Below are positions 1-10,924 of a stretch of DNA of 64,000 nucleotides, piece by piece. The notes under the pieces are model-generated. The model saw nothing but the letters and a program-made list of their open reading frames with translations. It was not told the origin of the DNA and did not search any database. Made by a program: the position numbers and the translations under genes. Location: the NCBI GenBank assembly GCA_010015585.1, contig ML975170.1; one strand, written 5' to 3'. The stretch is from Eremomyces bilateralis CBS 781.70 (lineage: Eukaryota). Every line of letters starts with the position of its first letter. Position 1 is the first letter of the stretch.

Positions 1-493
1 CTACGGCAACGCTCTCCAAGCCGCCTCATTAGAAGGCCATCAAGAGATTATCGCACTACTCTTAGATAAGGGAGCAGATATTAATGCCCAGGGCGGCTTC
101 TACGGCAACGCTCTCCAAGCCGCCTTATTAGAAGGTCATCAAGAGATTGTCGCACTGCTCTTAGACAAGGGAGCAGATGTTAATGCCTAGGGCGGCTTCT
201 ACGGCAACGCTCTCCAAGCCGCCTCATTTCGAGGCCATCAAGAGATTATCGCGCTGCTCTTAGACAAGGGAGCAGATGTTAATGCCCAGGGCGGCCGCTA
301 CGGCAACGCTCTCCAAGCCGCCTCATTTCGAGGCCATCAAGAGATTGTCGCGCTGCTCTTAGATAAGGGAGCAGATGTCAATGAAAGAAATGGCTCTATT
401 ACATCGTCAAAGCGGCCTGGCTCTATGACTCCAAGCATCCCGGCGAAGAAATTACTCCTCATGTACCCTGAGCCTTCTGGTCAAACTCAATAA
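1..493 (+). pseudogene. 3' end of an ankyrin-repeat gene (probable NACHT/NB-ankyrin NLR-like protein) with an in-frame premature stop
   Basis: The frame from base 2 reads YGNALQAASLEGHQEIIALLLDKGADINAQGGF about 4 times (33-aa ankyrin repeats). Unit 2 has TAG (188-190) where other units have CAG. The natural stop is TAA at 491-493. The N-terminal part lies outside the window, so NACHT is inferred from the repeat type. Confidence 0.85.
2..383 (+). repeat. 99-bp tandem repeat, about 3.9 copies (ankyrin coding units)
   Basis: Units start at 2, 101, 200 and 299, each beginning tacggcaacgctctccaagccgcc, with high internal identity. Confidence 0.95.
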
Positions 494-973
494 TTGTTGA
501 GCTCTACTACGGTGTCCACCTTTTGCCCAGCTTTAACCCTCATCACTTTTACCACTTCGCAGATTCTAGGCGTGGCTAGTTAAAGTCATGACAACCTGGG
601 CTGCGGTTTCTACTATGATATTTCAATATCCTTATCTAGTCATAGGGTCTGGAGAGAGCGACTATTCTATATATCTCTGTTTTGCCATTGACGGTATACT
701 TGGAATGGGGTATATCGATGGAAGGGTGGTTATTATGGGAATCCAGCCAGGAAATGGAAGTGCATAGAAATAGATTTATCACTGTAAATCATTCGACCTA
801 CGACTTACAGTATTATTATTTTCTAAATATTTATTGAGTTGGGGTTTGGGGGGCACGTTTCTTAAGTAGGATATGGAATCGGTGATAGATGGCTCTGGAT
901 GGTTCTAGAAGAGTTGTCTCATTCTCTATAAAAGTGTACCTGGGAGGTTTGGAACCGGTTATCTCAGTTGGGA

Positions 974-1110
974 CTCAGCCGGCAATCGTGCCCCCTGGCC
1001 AATATGAGGTTCCGCTATACCGATTGAAGCCTAGCATCTTTTTTAGCATGCGCCGCTAAATATTGACCAATCATATGCTATAAAGGCAGGAGGCACGACT
1101 GCCGTCTGAG
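974..1110. repeat. Short imperfect inverted repeat (24-bp arms, 21/24 match), possible degenerate MITE
   Basis: 974-997 ctcagccggcaatcgtgccccctg versus the reverse complement of 1087-1110, ctcagacggcagtcgtgcctcctg. No clear TSD. Confidence 0.5.
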
Positions 1111-1479
1111 AGACTCCTACAGACTTTATGTGGATGCGTGAAAGATCGTATCATGAAATAGGTGAGGGAACTCCCATCGCTAAGCGTACTCGATACTGAA
1201 TGTTTATCGCTAATCTGTTATCAGAAATTGATTCTACACGTTGACTTCTACATTTCATCAAGATTTAGGGCCAATCCAACCACTCTACAGTCCGTCACGG
1301 TTCAGACATTGGCCGGTTATGATATCACATGACATCACATGACCAACGTCTACGTGCTTTGTAAAAGTTATCAGGAAGACTCCGCTTGATGGATCTTCCT
1401 CCTTTGTACTAATATTATCTTTCACACGTAGTACAATGCACGTATTCGAGACAACATCACTACGTGTCTACGTCCTTGA

Positions 1480-2055
1480 CACTAGGGTTTGACAGCAAAT
1501 CATGAAACTCGTCGCTAACTGCTTGCTCAGGACTCATCAAGATATGGGTGTATAATCCAGCTGCAATCTCCTTTAACAGGTTCGGATTCGTGCGCTTGGT
1601 CTCCGCTGTAACAAGGCAAGGCCTGACCTCTTCTGCTCCTCTCCAAGCTTGCTAGAAGGGATCAACTGGATGGCAATTTTGCCGATAAAGATTGGGATAG
1701 CATAAAAGATGATGCTCTTCCCAAAACCAGTCTGAGCAGAGACAATAGTATCCCCATGCCGAAAAACAATTTGTTGAAGAGTCCGAACCCGGTTGATACG
1801 TGGGAGCCGGCCACCCAGGAGTCGCTGCAAACCATGGAAGGTAAGATCATGCTGGTATTTGATGTTCTTTCGTATCAGACATGTCTTGACTAGATCTTGC
1901 AGTACCGAGCATAACTCTTTCTCTGGTGTCGTTGCAATTATGGATATCCGTTCTTCAGTTGTTTTCTCGATAGGAAATGGTTGTACAGAGGCTGGATTCT
2001 GGTATAGGGAGGTTTCACGCTGATAAGAGCGACCTTGCCGTCGCTTCACTCGCAT
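1480..2055 (-). pseudogene. RecQ-like (DEAD/DEAH SF2) helicase N-terminal relic
   Basis: The ORF has Walker A DTIVSAQTGFGKSIIF and motif Ia IQLIPSSKLGEEQ. After a frame break it continues as KEIAAGLYTHILMSPEQAVSDEFHDLLSNP (~1573-1483), then degenerates. No DExH motif is visible. Confidence 0.7.
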
Positions 2056-2277
2056 GGAGGCAGATCTGGAGATTGAGCTTTCACGTATAACGACACGACA
2101 AGTAGTTTTAAAACTCTAGTTATAGATTAAACAGTTAGCAAATTGATATTTAAAAGCCATAGGACGGTTTAACAAACCCTTATCTATATTTCATCAACTT
2201 TTGGAGCCCGCGCAACTTTACCGTATGATGTTATTCGCCATCTCGTCATTTCTACTACATCTCGCCATGCACCCGTC

Positions 2278-2677
2278 NNNNNNNNNNNNNNNNNNNNNNN
2301 NNNNNNNNNNNNNNNNNNNNNNNNNNNNNNNNNNNNNNNNNNNNNNNNNNNNNNNNNNNNNNNNNNNNNNNNNNNNNNNNNNNNNNNNNNNNNNNNNNNN
2401 NNNNNNNNNNNNNNNNNNNNNNNNNNNNNNNNNNNNNNNNNNNNNNNNNNNNNNNNNNNNNNNNNNNNNNNNNNNNNNNNNNNNNNNNNNNNNNNNNNNN
2501 NNNNNNNNNNNNNNNNNNNNNNNNNNNNNNNNNNNNNNNNNNNNNNNNNNNNNNNNNNNNNNNNNNNNNNNNNNNNNNNNNNNNNNNNNNNNNNNNNNNN
2601 NNNNNNNNNNNNNNNNNNNNNNNNNNNNNNNNNNNNNNNNNNNNNNNNNNNNNNNNNNNNNNNNNNNNNNNNNNNNN
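2278..2677. other. Assembly gap (400 N)
   Basis: Run of N bases. Confidence 1.
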
Positions 2678-2836
2678 CTTCAATCCTGAATTCTTCATAA
2701 AGAAGGCAGGTTACATGACTCAGCGTGATGACTCATCATGCTGAATCAGCAACGCACGGGCCCATTACTGCCACCTTTTATGAGATCCCTCCGTAATTCA
2801 TCATTTAATCCAGATGAGCTCATTTGGACTGCCCTA
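2678..2836 (+). mobile_element. Right end of a hAT-type MITE (second copy of the 16400-16810 element), left part lost in the gap
   Basis: 159 bp match 16652-16810 with 3 substitutions, and similarity stops exactly at the terminal tgcccta. Confidence 0.85.
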
Positions 2837-3040
2837 ACCGCCTGAGCCCAAGCTGAGATAAGGAACCGGAGTTTATCGTTCGTCAAGTCAGCAACCCACC
2901 GATCAGCAACCAAAGCCAAGATATCAAAACAAGGCTTCTTCCAGGGCGGCTAAGAGCGGTTCTGGATTCTGCACGCAGGGGAATCCACTGTGCTCCTGAA
3001 GTAGTTAGGCTTCACCAGCCACAGATCATAGACTGGGCAA

Positions 3041-3473
3041 GGCTGGTGAGATTTTCCCCCCGTTTTGAGATTTTCCCCCCTTCAGAAGTACCAAAACCGC
3101 CGCTCTGGAAATTTACAAGGCAATATAGCCACACTTTCAACATTATTTTTAAATTCAAAACTTAGATAGAGTTCTTTAGGACTCCCTCTTGCTCCTAGTC
3201 TCCGAAATTTAATCCTAATAAGTTGTGGTGTTACGTGATTTAGGATTAAAGTTATGGCAGTTTTTTCATACAACTCACCAACTTCAGCACAAAATTAAAC
3301 CACAACACAGGGGGTATTTAGAGATCTAAAATAGTAGGCTCAGTTACCCAGGCTTTAGTATTTTTCTTAGCATTTAAAAATTATATTATTTCGAAGCTGG
3401 TGTTGAGCTGTTTGGCGTTGAAGTTGAAATGTGGTGATTTTGGTACTTCTGAGGGGGGAAAATCTCACCAGCC
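3041..3473. mobile_element. Mutator-like (MULE) MITE, 433 bp, 9-bp TSD
   Basis: TIR ggctggtgagattttcccccc...cagaagtaccaaaa on the left and its reverse complement at ~3438-3473. TSD actgggcaa at 3032-3040 and 3474-3482. AT-rich non-coding interior. Confidence 0.9.
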
Positions 3474-5086
3474 ACTGGGCAATGATACTAGTGACAACTA
3501 AAATAAATTTGATTACTGACTGTGTACGACCAAATATACGTTACTCGAATAAGCATACTGCACTAACCAGGATTGTCCATCGTTTCGACTGGAAGTACCT
3601 ACCTGCATGCCGAACTTGAGCAATCTTGCACGGCACGGCACACACATCGTTCACGATGATTTATAAATATGCTCATGTAACTGTACGGCATGGATAATGA
3701 TATTTAACAGGTTTTACAGGCAATTAGATTATGATGGTGATGCTGTAATTGAAGATGCCTGGATTGAGGATAAGACATGCTGTTGAGAAATCAGGCGAGA
3801 ACATAACCACGCACATGTATTTTTCCAGTTTGAATTTGTTAGCATGTTCAGAAATGGCTATGGAGAGCGATTCATTTGAATTCATAGAACTCTAATTGTG
3901 TATGTCTGCTGTGGATTGCGTTGGACTCGAAGTACCTAGGAAATTGCCCTCAGACAGGGATGCCCGCCACGCAGGGAGGGAGGTTACCTTATCTATCAGT
4001 AAAGTGGTCATATGGGAGCAGTATATTAGGACAGTAGAGGGGAGAGTCAATATCTCGTGCACAGAGGCGCTGGAGATTTCTTCTTTCTCCCTCTCTCTTT
4101 AGTTTAGATTAATGGAATTGGTAACTGCGTATCTTACATATCACGACCGTATCAGAGGCAGCACGTTAATTATAAGACCTCTAGTTGACAGTTGTTCTCC
4201 CTCATATGGGACCGACATGAGGACCCGCTTTTTCTTCATCCCTTTGTCTCGGCTCACGTTCGATTTCGCCTGTTCTTTCGGCGCGGCCGCTTGCTCATAT
4301 GCTAATGGATTGATTTCTCCACGATAGAAAATGGTTAAATCGGCCGTCTGGGTTTGCAACTGCTGTGAACAGTTGTCGCGGGAGCTTCCCAGATCTCCCG
4401 CGCCACATCACCCACAGCCTCCTGAATCGCTCGAGCCACAGAGCCCCCCCAGCTGCTTCGTTTATGTCCAACTCGAACATATAAACATCCTCTTCTCTTC
4501 TTCATAAAACGCCTTGACTTCATCATGCATAGCTAGTAGTCGTATAGACTTACTAATACAACCTAGAACTCTATTCCCTCCTCCTCTATTAGTTCTGTGA
4601 CAGAAAGTTCGGAACACACCAGAGTCAGCACACCTAAGTCAACACAGCAAAGTCAACAAACCCGGAAATGAGTTTGTTATTTAACTCAATGGAGCAGAGA
4701 GATGATCCATTGTGATTGGCAATTCCATTATCGCATCAGAGATGACGGCACAGCAATCGAATCAGTAGCGCGCAAGCCAATCCCTGCATTTCACCGTTGA
4801 GCGCTTCCGACTGCATATTAGAGGAGGTCCATAATCTCGTCATGAACAGAGAGACTCAGCGTGATATCCAAACCAAGGACACCTTGTGCGAAGCGGATGA
4901 GAGAACTCGTCATAAGGATTGTGCCCCGGCACGGCACGGCGCAACCCGATGTTTAGAAAAGCCGATACAGGAGGAGAGATACAACACAGTAGAAGCACTT
5001 CCGACCTTCGCTGAGTCCACTCTAGCCACGAATATTGGGTGCAGAAGCCCTCAGTTCCAGCTTCTTATTTTCTTTAAAGGCTCAAC

Positions 5087-7566
5087 TCAATCAATCTTCT
5101 CTTTCAGTGCGCCATACTTGCAGTTCAACTGAACATTCTCGATTGCATGAGAGCCATGCGACGGGAATAGTAGCTCAAGGTGCGGAACATCTTGTTCGTC
5201 CATAGTCGATCTCATGCCATTAGATAGATCGCCCGGAGCTGTCCTAGATCCAATTCGCACTTTGTATCCGAAAATATTTGCGGTCGCGATTCCCGCGCAG
5301 GTATTCTGAAGTTCCGGAGCAGTCGGGGAGTTCATCGCTAGTGCGATGGCTTCCGAGAAAGAGGTCCATGCTATTGAGCTAATGCCGTACCAGATGGAAA
5401 TACATATATGTGCCAATGTAACGAGGCAATATATAAGCAAGATTGCCAGTGACAGCTTCACGGCGAGGATATCCGGCCCATATCCGTATCCTCTCTGGTA
5501 CAGGATTTGTCTGAACTGCGATGGGAGATCATTCACACCAGAGTACGGTATAGATTCTGCCGTGGTACCGCTCACTTCAAGCGACGTTGTTGATGTTTTC
5601 GGATCTCCCCAGTAGTAATGGGATGGTGGAGGCGTCGTAATCGATAGGGTTGCGGCTAATAGGGTTGAAAACACTACAGCACCGTCTTCTCCACGGTTGA
5701 AGAGCTGTGTTGAGAGATTTGAACTCAGAAAATTGAATGCGGTCATGTTGGCACCCTCCAGGTTGGGATTAACCATTGCCAACCAATCTTTATCAGCATG
5801 AGCATAGCGGAATAAGATATCACCTGGTTGGGAAGTGCGCCGACTGGCCACCGTGGATCCATCGAAGCGCACAGTTGTCGAGATCCAGCCAAGATCTGCA
5901 CTGCAGGGAGTGATGCAGACCTCTTTAAAGCGGTTTGGGTAACCATTCGGACAATTTCGGGAGGATGATAACAATAAAATGCCAATTTTCTTAGAATCCG
6001 GAATCTCCACGAAGAGAGCGTCATTGTACGTTCCGTTGCTTGCAACTACTTGATTCCGTAAGAGTTGATACTCCGCATCCGTCAGAGTGTCCGAGATGTT
6101 GTGAATCCCGGCAGCTTGACCGAAGTACAGTTCGGCTGGATTGCTTTTAAGATCCCAGACAACGGAGTCCTGAAGAGAACACTGTACTTCCGCATATGGG
6201 TCCATGGAATTCTCGGTCTCGATGACATCTACACCCCTGGTAGCGGTTTCACTGCCGAATGGAAGTAGCCACTGTGCTTGAGTCGAGACTAATACAGTGC
6301 CGTCAGTATTATTTAAGTCCAGCGAAAATGTACACGGAGATATCAGGTTGTCGCCCAACCAGCTTGAGGAACGGGAGAACAAAGGGCCAGCCTCGAAGTC
6401 GGATGAGAGGTATACCCCGCTGGTCAAATTGCGTATCACTGGTTCCAATGACTGAATATAGGAGGTGCCAGTGCCATTGATGGACCAAGGACAAGATTCG
6501 ATTTGCTCGAAGGCAGGGGATGCGGCGCGGAGATCGGGTCTGCAGCGGTCGTTATATAGCGCAGCCGTCAAGTTGATCGGGAATAATGTATCTCTCGTCG
6601 TATTGGAAGCAAAAAGATACTGGTTCCGAGGATATAGGATGCTTCTTGGAATCTATGTCATGAAGCATCAGCAGGAGCTTGAAGTAAACGTATGAACTCA
6701 ATAAGATACTTTTAAAGACGTAGCAGGGGTGCAGTGGACATCTTAGCTTGACTTTGACGTCCAGTCCAAGGGCATGCATACTGTACATACCATGGTAGCG
6801 GCACTTGCAGGCCCAACAATAACCATCAGAGCGGTGACAAGGACTATCAAAGATAGCATTTGCAGTTTGAACCTCCAGCCATAAACCTTGGAGGCCATTG
6901 ATCCCCACAACTCCGGTGACCATAGATATGTGAGTTGCAAAACATGGAGCCCAGCAAATGCCGCGCCAAATGGAAGGCCCCTCTTTGAAGCAAGTAAATA
7001 TTGAGTATAGGACGACAGTGTGGTTGCAAGGGATGCAACCATGGTCAACTCATGGAGCTTTGCGACGAACTGAAGAGCAACAATACGGCTCGACAACATG
7101 TTTGAGGAAATATAGTACTGCGCCATATTCAATACGAGTAGAGCGATTGCCCCGGAAAGGGGTACGATATGGACCAAGCAACGAATGCAAGCATTCAAGC
7201 GATTCTTGTGCAATGCAATTTTTGCATGCTCTTTATTTCGTGTCAGGGCTGGCAAGAGCTTGAGGCCGACTGTACGGAGCACCACCGTAGCACGGCTCGT
7301 CCATATCTCCTGCTTGGAATACCCGGTCTGGTTGCTGGTAGAAGAATCAGTCTCGAATTCTACCCAACGATGGTTCCTGTCAGCCTGGTCAAGGAGTCTT
7401 TAAGGGCTCACCTCTTTCGACGACGCTGAGGAAAGGGGGTTTCCAAGAGTTCAACAGGTGAATCCACACCCTTGACCTGCTGCCTTTCCGACTGTGCGAA
7501 TGAATCCATGTCAGAAGCAGGGTCTGTAGGGTCTGGCACACGTAAAGACAGATTTCCCCAACGCAT
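5087..7566 (-). CDS. Fungal multi-pass membrane protein of unknown function (3 exons)
   Basis: ORFs 6743-7285 (HIVPLSGAIALLVLN, LQFVAKLHELTMVASL, YLWSPELWG) and 5087-6571 (GYGYG, TM, WTSFSEAIALAMNSP, LQNTCAGI) join through a GT-AG intron at ~6653-6790 (ATM|IPR). A short first exon starts at ATG 7566 with an intron at ~7377-7411. Confidence 0.75.
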
Positions 7567-8284
7567 GATGGATATGTAGCTATAATTCAGGTAATTGATT
7601 TTTCATTTTTCATTCTAAGGGTCAAATAAAAAAGTTATCCAATTTCATTCATAGCCACGAGAGTCTTAAGTACTTACCGATAGCTAGCAGACGGATGGGG
7701 ATGACCGGGCGCAAGGCGCTTCATGGCCAAGCACTGCGCCTTTAATATGAATATATGAATTGATGCCAAAATGTTAGTCGATTGTTTTGAAACCGCATCC
7801 TACCATCCAGAATGGACTAGAGGTACCACAGGAAAATCTGTGCACTTCTTAGGTGTTTCAAAAGGACCTACCTACTACCCCCTGTCATCTTACCTGATAA
7901 GTGATAACTAGCCCTACGGAAGTTCCCTTCAAAAGTTCTTACCCGCCAAGAAAGTGGCTTGATTATATAACCAGAATCGGAAGCCTATAAGACGGGCAGT
8001 AGGGTGCCTAGCCAACGGGCGGATACGAGGCGCTGTAAATCGAATCTCCGGCACCGTGGCATCGAATTAGGCTCTAAAGGACCCAAATTGAGTGTCTAAT
8101 TGATAGGCACTCGGGTCATGGCGTGATGGCGGAGCTTTCCTTAGTCAGTACGGGAACAAGCAATGGCTGTAAAGAAGTTTACTAGGCATCAATTTTGTAG
8201 TAGGTAACTAGTAGAAAGATTTACCATAGATTTTCCGGTATTTATACTCAGCAATCCCTTTTCCTATCCTACTCCAGAACGTCC

Positions 8285-10924
8285 TCAAAGAATCGTAACT
8301 TCCTCCCATTTTGACATCTCCATAATCTTGCGCATTATTCTTGCGCTACCACGACTCTTGCCTACTTCAAAACAACCTATTCTCACAAAGTCCCCTGCTT
8401 GATCCACGGACGGCGCCAGAATGATGTAGAACGAACAGCGAATCAAGTTGCGTTTTTCCTCTGCGCCAAATATATCCGGCAAAAGGTTCGATCCTCCATT
8501 CTGACTCTCTTTGCTGGACACCTGCTGTTGTTGTTCTTCGGAGAGTTCCTTCAGGCCAGTGTCGTCTTCCCGTAAAGCTTCGAGTCGAGCCTCTGGGTAG
8601 TTCATTGTTATAGTTGAGGGCGTTCCGACAATTTCGACAACGTCCTGGGTGCCGAGGAGAAGACATTTGACGGTCATTGATTTGTTGCCGTAGTCGCGAA
8701 TGGCGCCGAGATGGTCGTCTGGTCGGAATTTGATGGCGTATTTGCCTGCACATGTTACTGTGCACACCTCCTTAGGACCTTTTCCTGTCCGGTCTTTGAT
8801 ATGAACCAGGTTGTGGTTGGCGAAAAGACGTAGATTGCTGACAATGTGACCTCGGATCGTGAGCCTAGCCCGTTCAACTGGCCCGTTAGGTTGAAGTTTG
8901 TTCTTCAACTTGATTGCTGCTTGAGTAGCGTTGATCTGGTTCGCGAATGGCGATGGCGGATAACATCTAAAGTATGACACCGGCCCTTGTATTGATGCCC
9001 AGCTCCAAGATGGTGCGATATAGGTCTCGGGAGTGCGCCTTTTGTGTTTTGATACCTTCTCTGCGACCCATCGCTCTATTTCTGCGGCATTAGTCGGAAG
9101 TTCGGGATCCTCCTTTCCGTCACTGCTTTTGAGCCAGAGTGACTGTGCGTGTCCATCGGAGGGTAGCCAGGCAAGTTCAGCGGCTAAATTACCGCTCCAG
9201 AGGCCTGCGAGACACGCATCTGATTCTCCAGCAACTTGCGTCATGAGATTTTGGAATCTTGTGACAAGACCGGAGAGGGCGGCCAGCTTGTCTGACTCCA
9301 CAGTCAATGATCTTGAAGTGTATTCTGGCACCAGGACTCTCCACTCATCATACAAGCGAGCTTTGTTTGCAAGCATTTTAGCATTAAGCCTTCCACGAGA
9401 GGCGCTGGACTGGCGTCTACACTCGCACTCCGTCTTCCGATTGCATTCCCACACCAATTCGTTGGACGTGAAATGAAGAATTCGACGGCTCATAAGCCGC
9501 TCCTGTAAAGTCCAAGCGCGAAGATGCAGCGGAGCTTTGTGATCGTAATCCGTGTCGAGGTCTTTGTGAGGCGTCTCCCCACGGAACAGCAGTGGGTACC
9601 CCTCGAGTTGTTGGTACTTCAAATTGGCATGGTTCTGGTCCCCAAATATACCATCCCAAACGCTGACACTATCATCAACGCTAAGTGTAAGTGCGGCATC
9701 TTCGTAGATATTGCACATTCTACCGGCCTCGCGAGCCCAGTCATCTGCGTCGTCCTGGATGATAGAAAGGCGATCAGCCCAAAGATATTTGATGCCAAGC
9801 GCTTGTGTTGCGCGAATAGCATCTCGGATAGTTGGCGGCAGGTCTTCGATGAGTAACCCAGCGTTCTGGTGCTCATGTAGATTTTCTTTCGTGGTTTGAA
9901 TGCCTTTGGGTGGTGGCCCCCAGCAGTAACTCAGGGCTATGTACTCTCCCGCCAGGTTAGCGGTGTGACAAAGAAATACACGCGTAGAATCAACTCCTTG
10001 GACGTCGAGCACTCGGGTCGGGAGAGATCTGACGGAAGCATGATCGCATTCTGGGTGACTCGAACGGCATCCTTGGAGCCAATCTCGGGCAAGTTGAAAG
10101 CACTCATCGCTCCCTGAATTTTGATTTACCCGTCTAAAGCTTCGATCCAGCGGGTGGGGAACTGGAGTTGATCCATTAGACACTGGTACAACACGATCGT
10201 GCGACCAAGCTACAAACTTGCGTTAGCATAGGCTTTACAATTCCATACAGACGTTCTTACGAAGGCTATCATAGAACTCTAAATGATATTCAATCTCTGG
10301 GTTGGAAGCGGATTCAAACTCGCGTAAACTGGCAAGCTTCTTTCTGTCCCTAGGATAAGCAATGGTGTATACGGAACAATTTTGGGCCGGTCGCTTCAAT
10401 CGTAGTTTGAACTTTTCGCCCTCCGCTAGAGGCCAATTCGCTGCCGGAGGACTTTGATCCAGCCCTTCCCAGACGATAGGAAAGTCCCGCCGTAAAGTCT
10501 GTGTTGTTAGCTCGAATTCTAAGAATTCTTCGTCATGAACCCCGTGTTCTGTCGAGACAATCCGACGCGACTGCTCATGAGGCTGGTGCGGTCTACAGTG
10601 TAGACTAAGCAACGTATGGGACTTGTCATGGGCGTTTTGTGGATGTGTAATGCATCGTTCGCAGAGATCTATACTCTCGACGCAGTCTAGGCAATGAAAA
10701 AATTGACCGTGTATGAGATCCTTGGCTCCCTTGCAGAGTGCACCGTCGCAAAGTAGATTGCGGCGGATATGAGATATCTGGCCAGTGTGATCCGGGACCA
10801 TAAATTTGAGCTTTAGTACTGGATTGGAGACATTAGGGAATGCAATGGGTATAAAATCTTCTGATGTAAAGGTTTTCTCCCAAAGAGTGAGTGTTTGTGG
10901 GATACGTGCAATAGTTGCTTCCAT
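8285..10924 (-). CDS. HET-domain protein with N-terminal ZZ-type zinc finger (2 exons)
   Basis: Exon 1 has CDGALC...FHCLDCVESIDLCERC...HDKSH (ZZ). Exon 2 has the HET motifs LPTRVLDV, YIALSYCWG, LPPTIRDAI, YLWADRLSIIQDD, IYEDAALTL, LRAWTLQERLMSRRILHF and APSWSWAS. Intron gtatgg...ctaac...tag at ~10210-10247. Confidence 0.9.

Noticed and set aside
2201..2698. ORFs spanning the N run
   Set aside because: Artefacts of the assembly gap.
4112..4700. Short overlapping ORFs that look like a decayed gene or TE
   Set aside because: No recognisable motif or termini, so no call can be supported.
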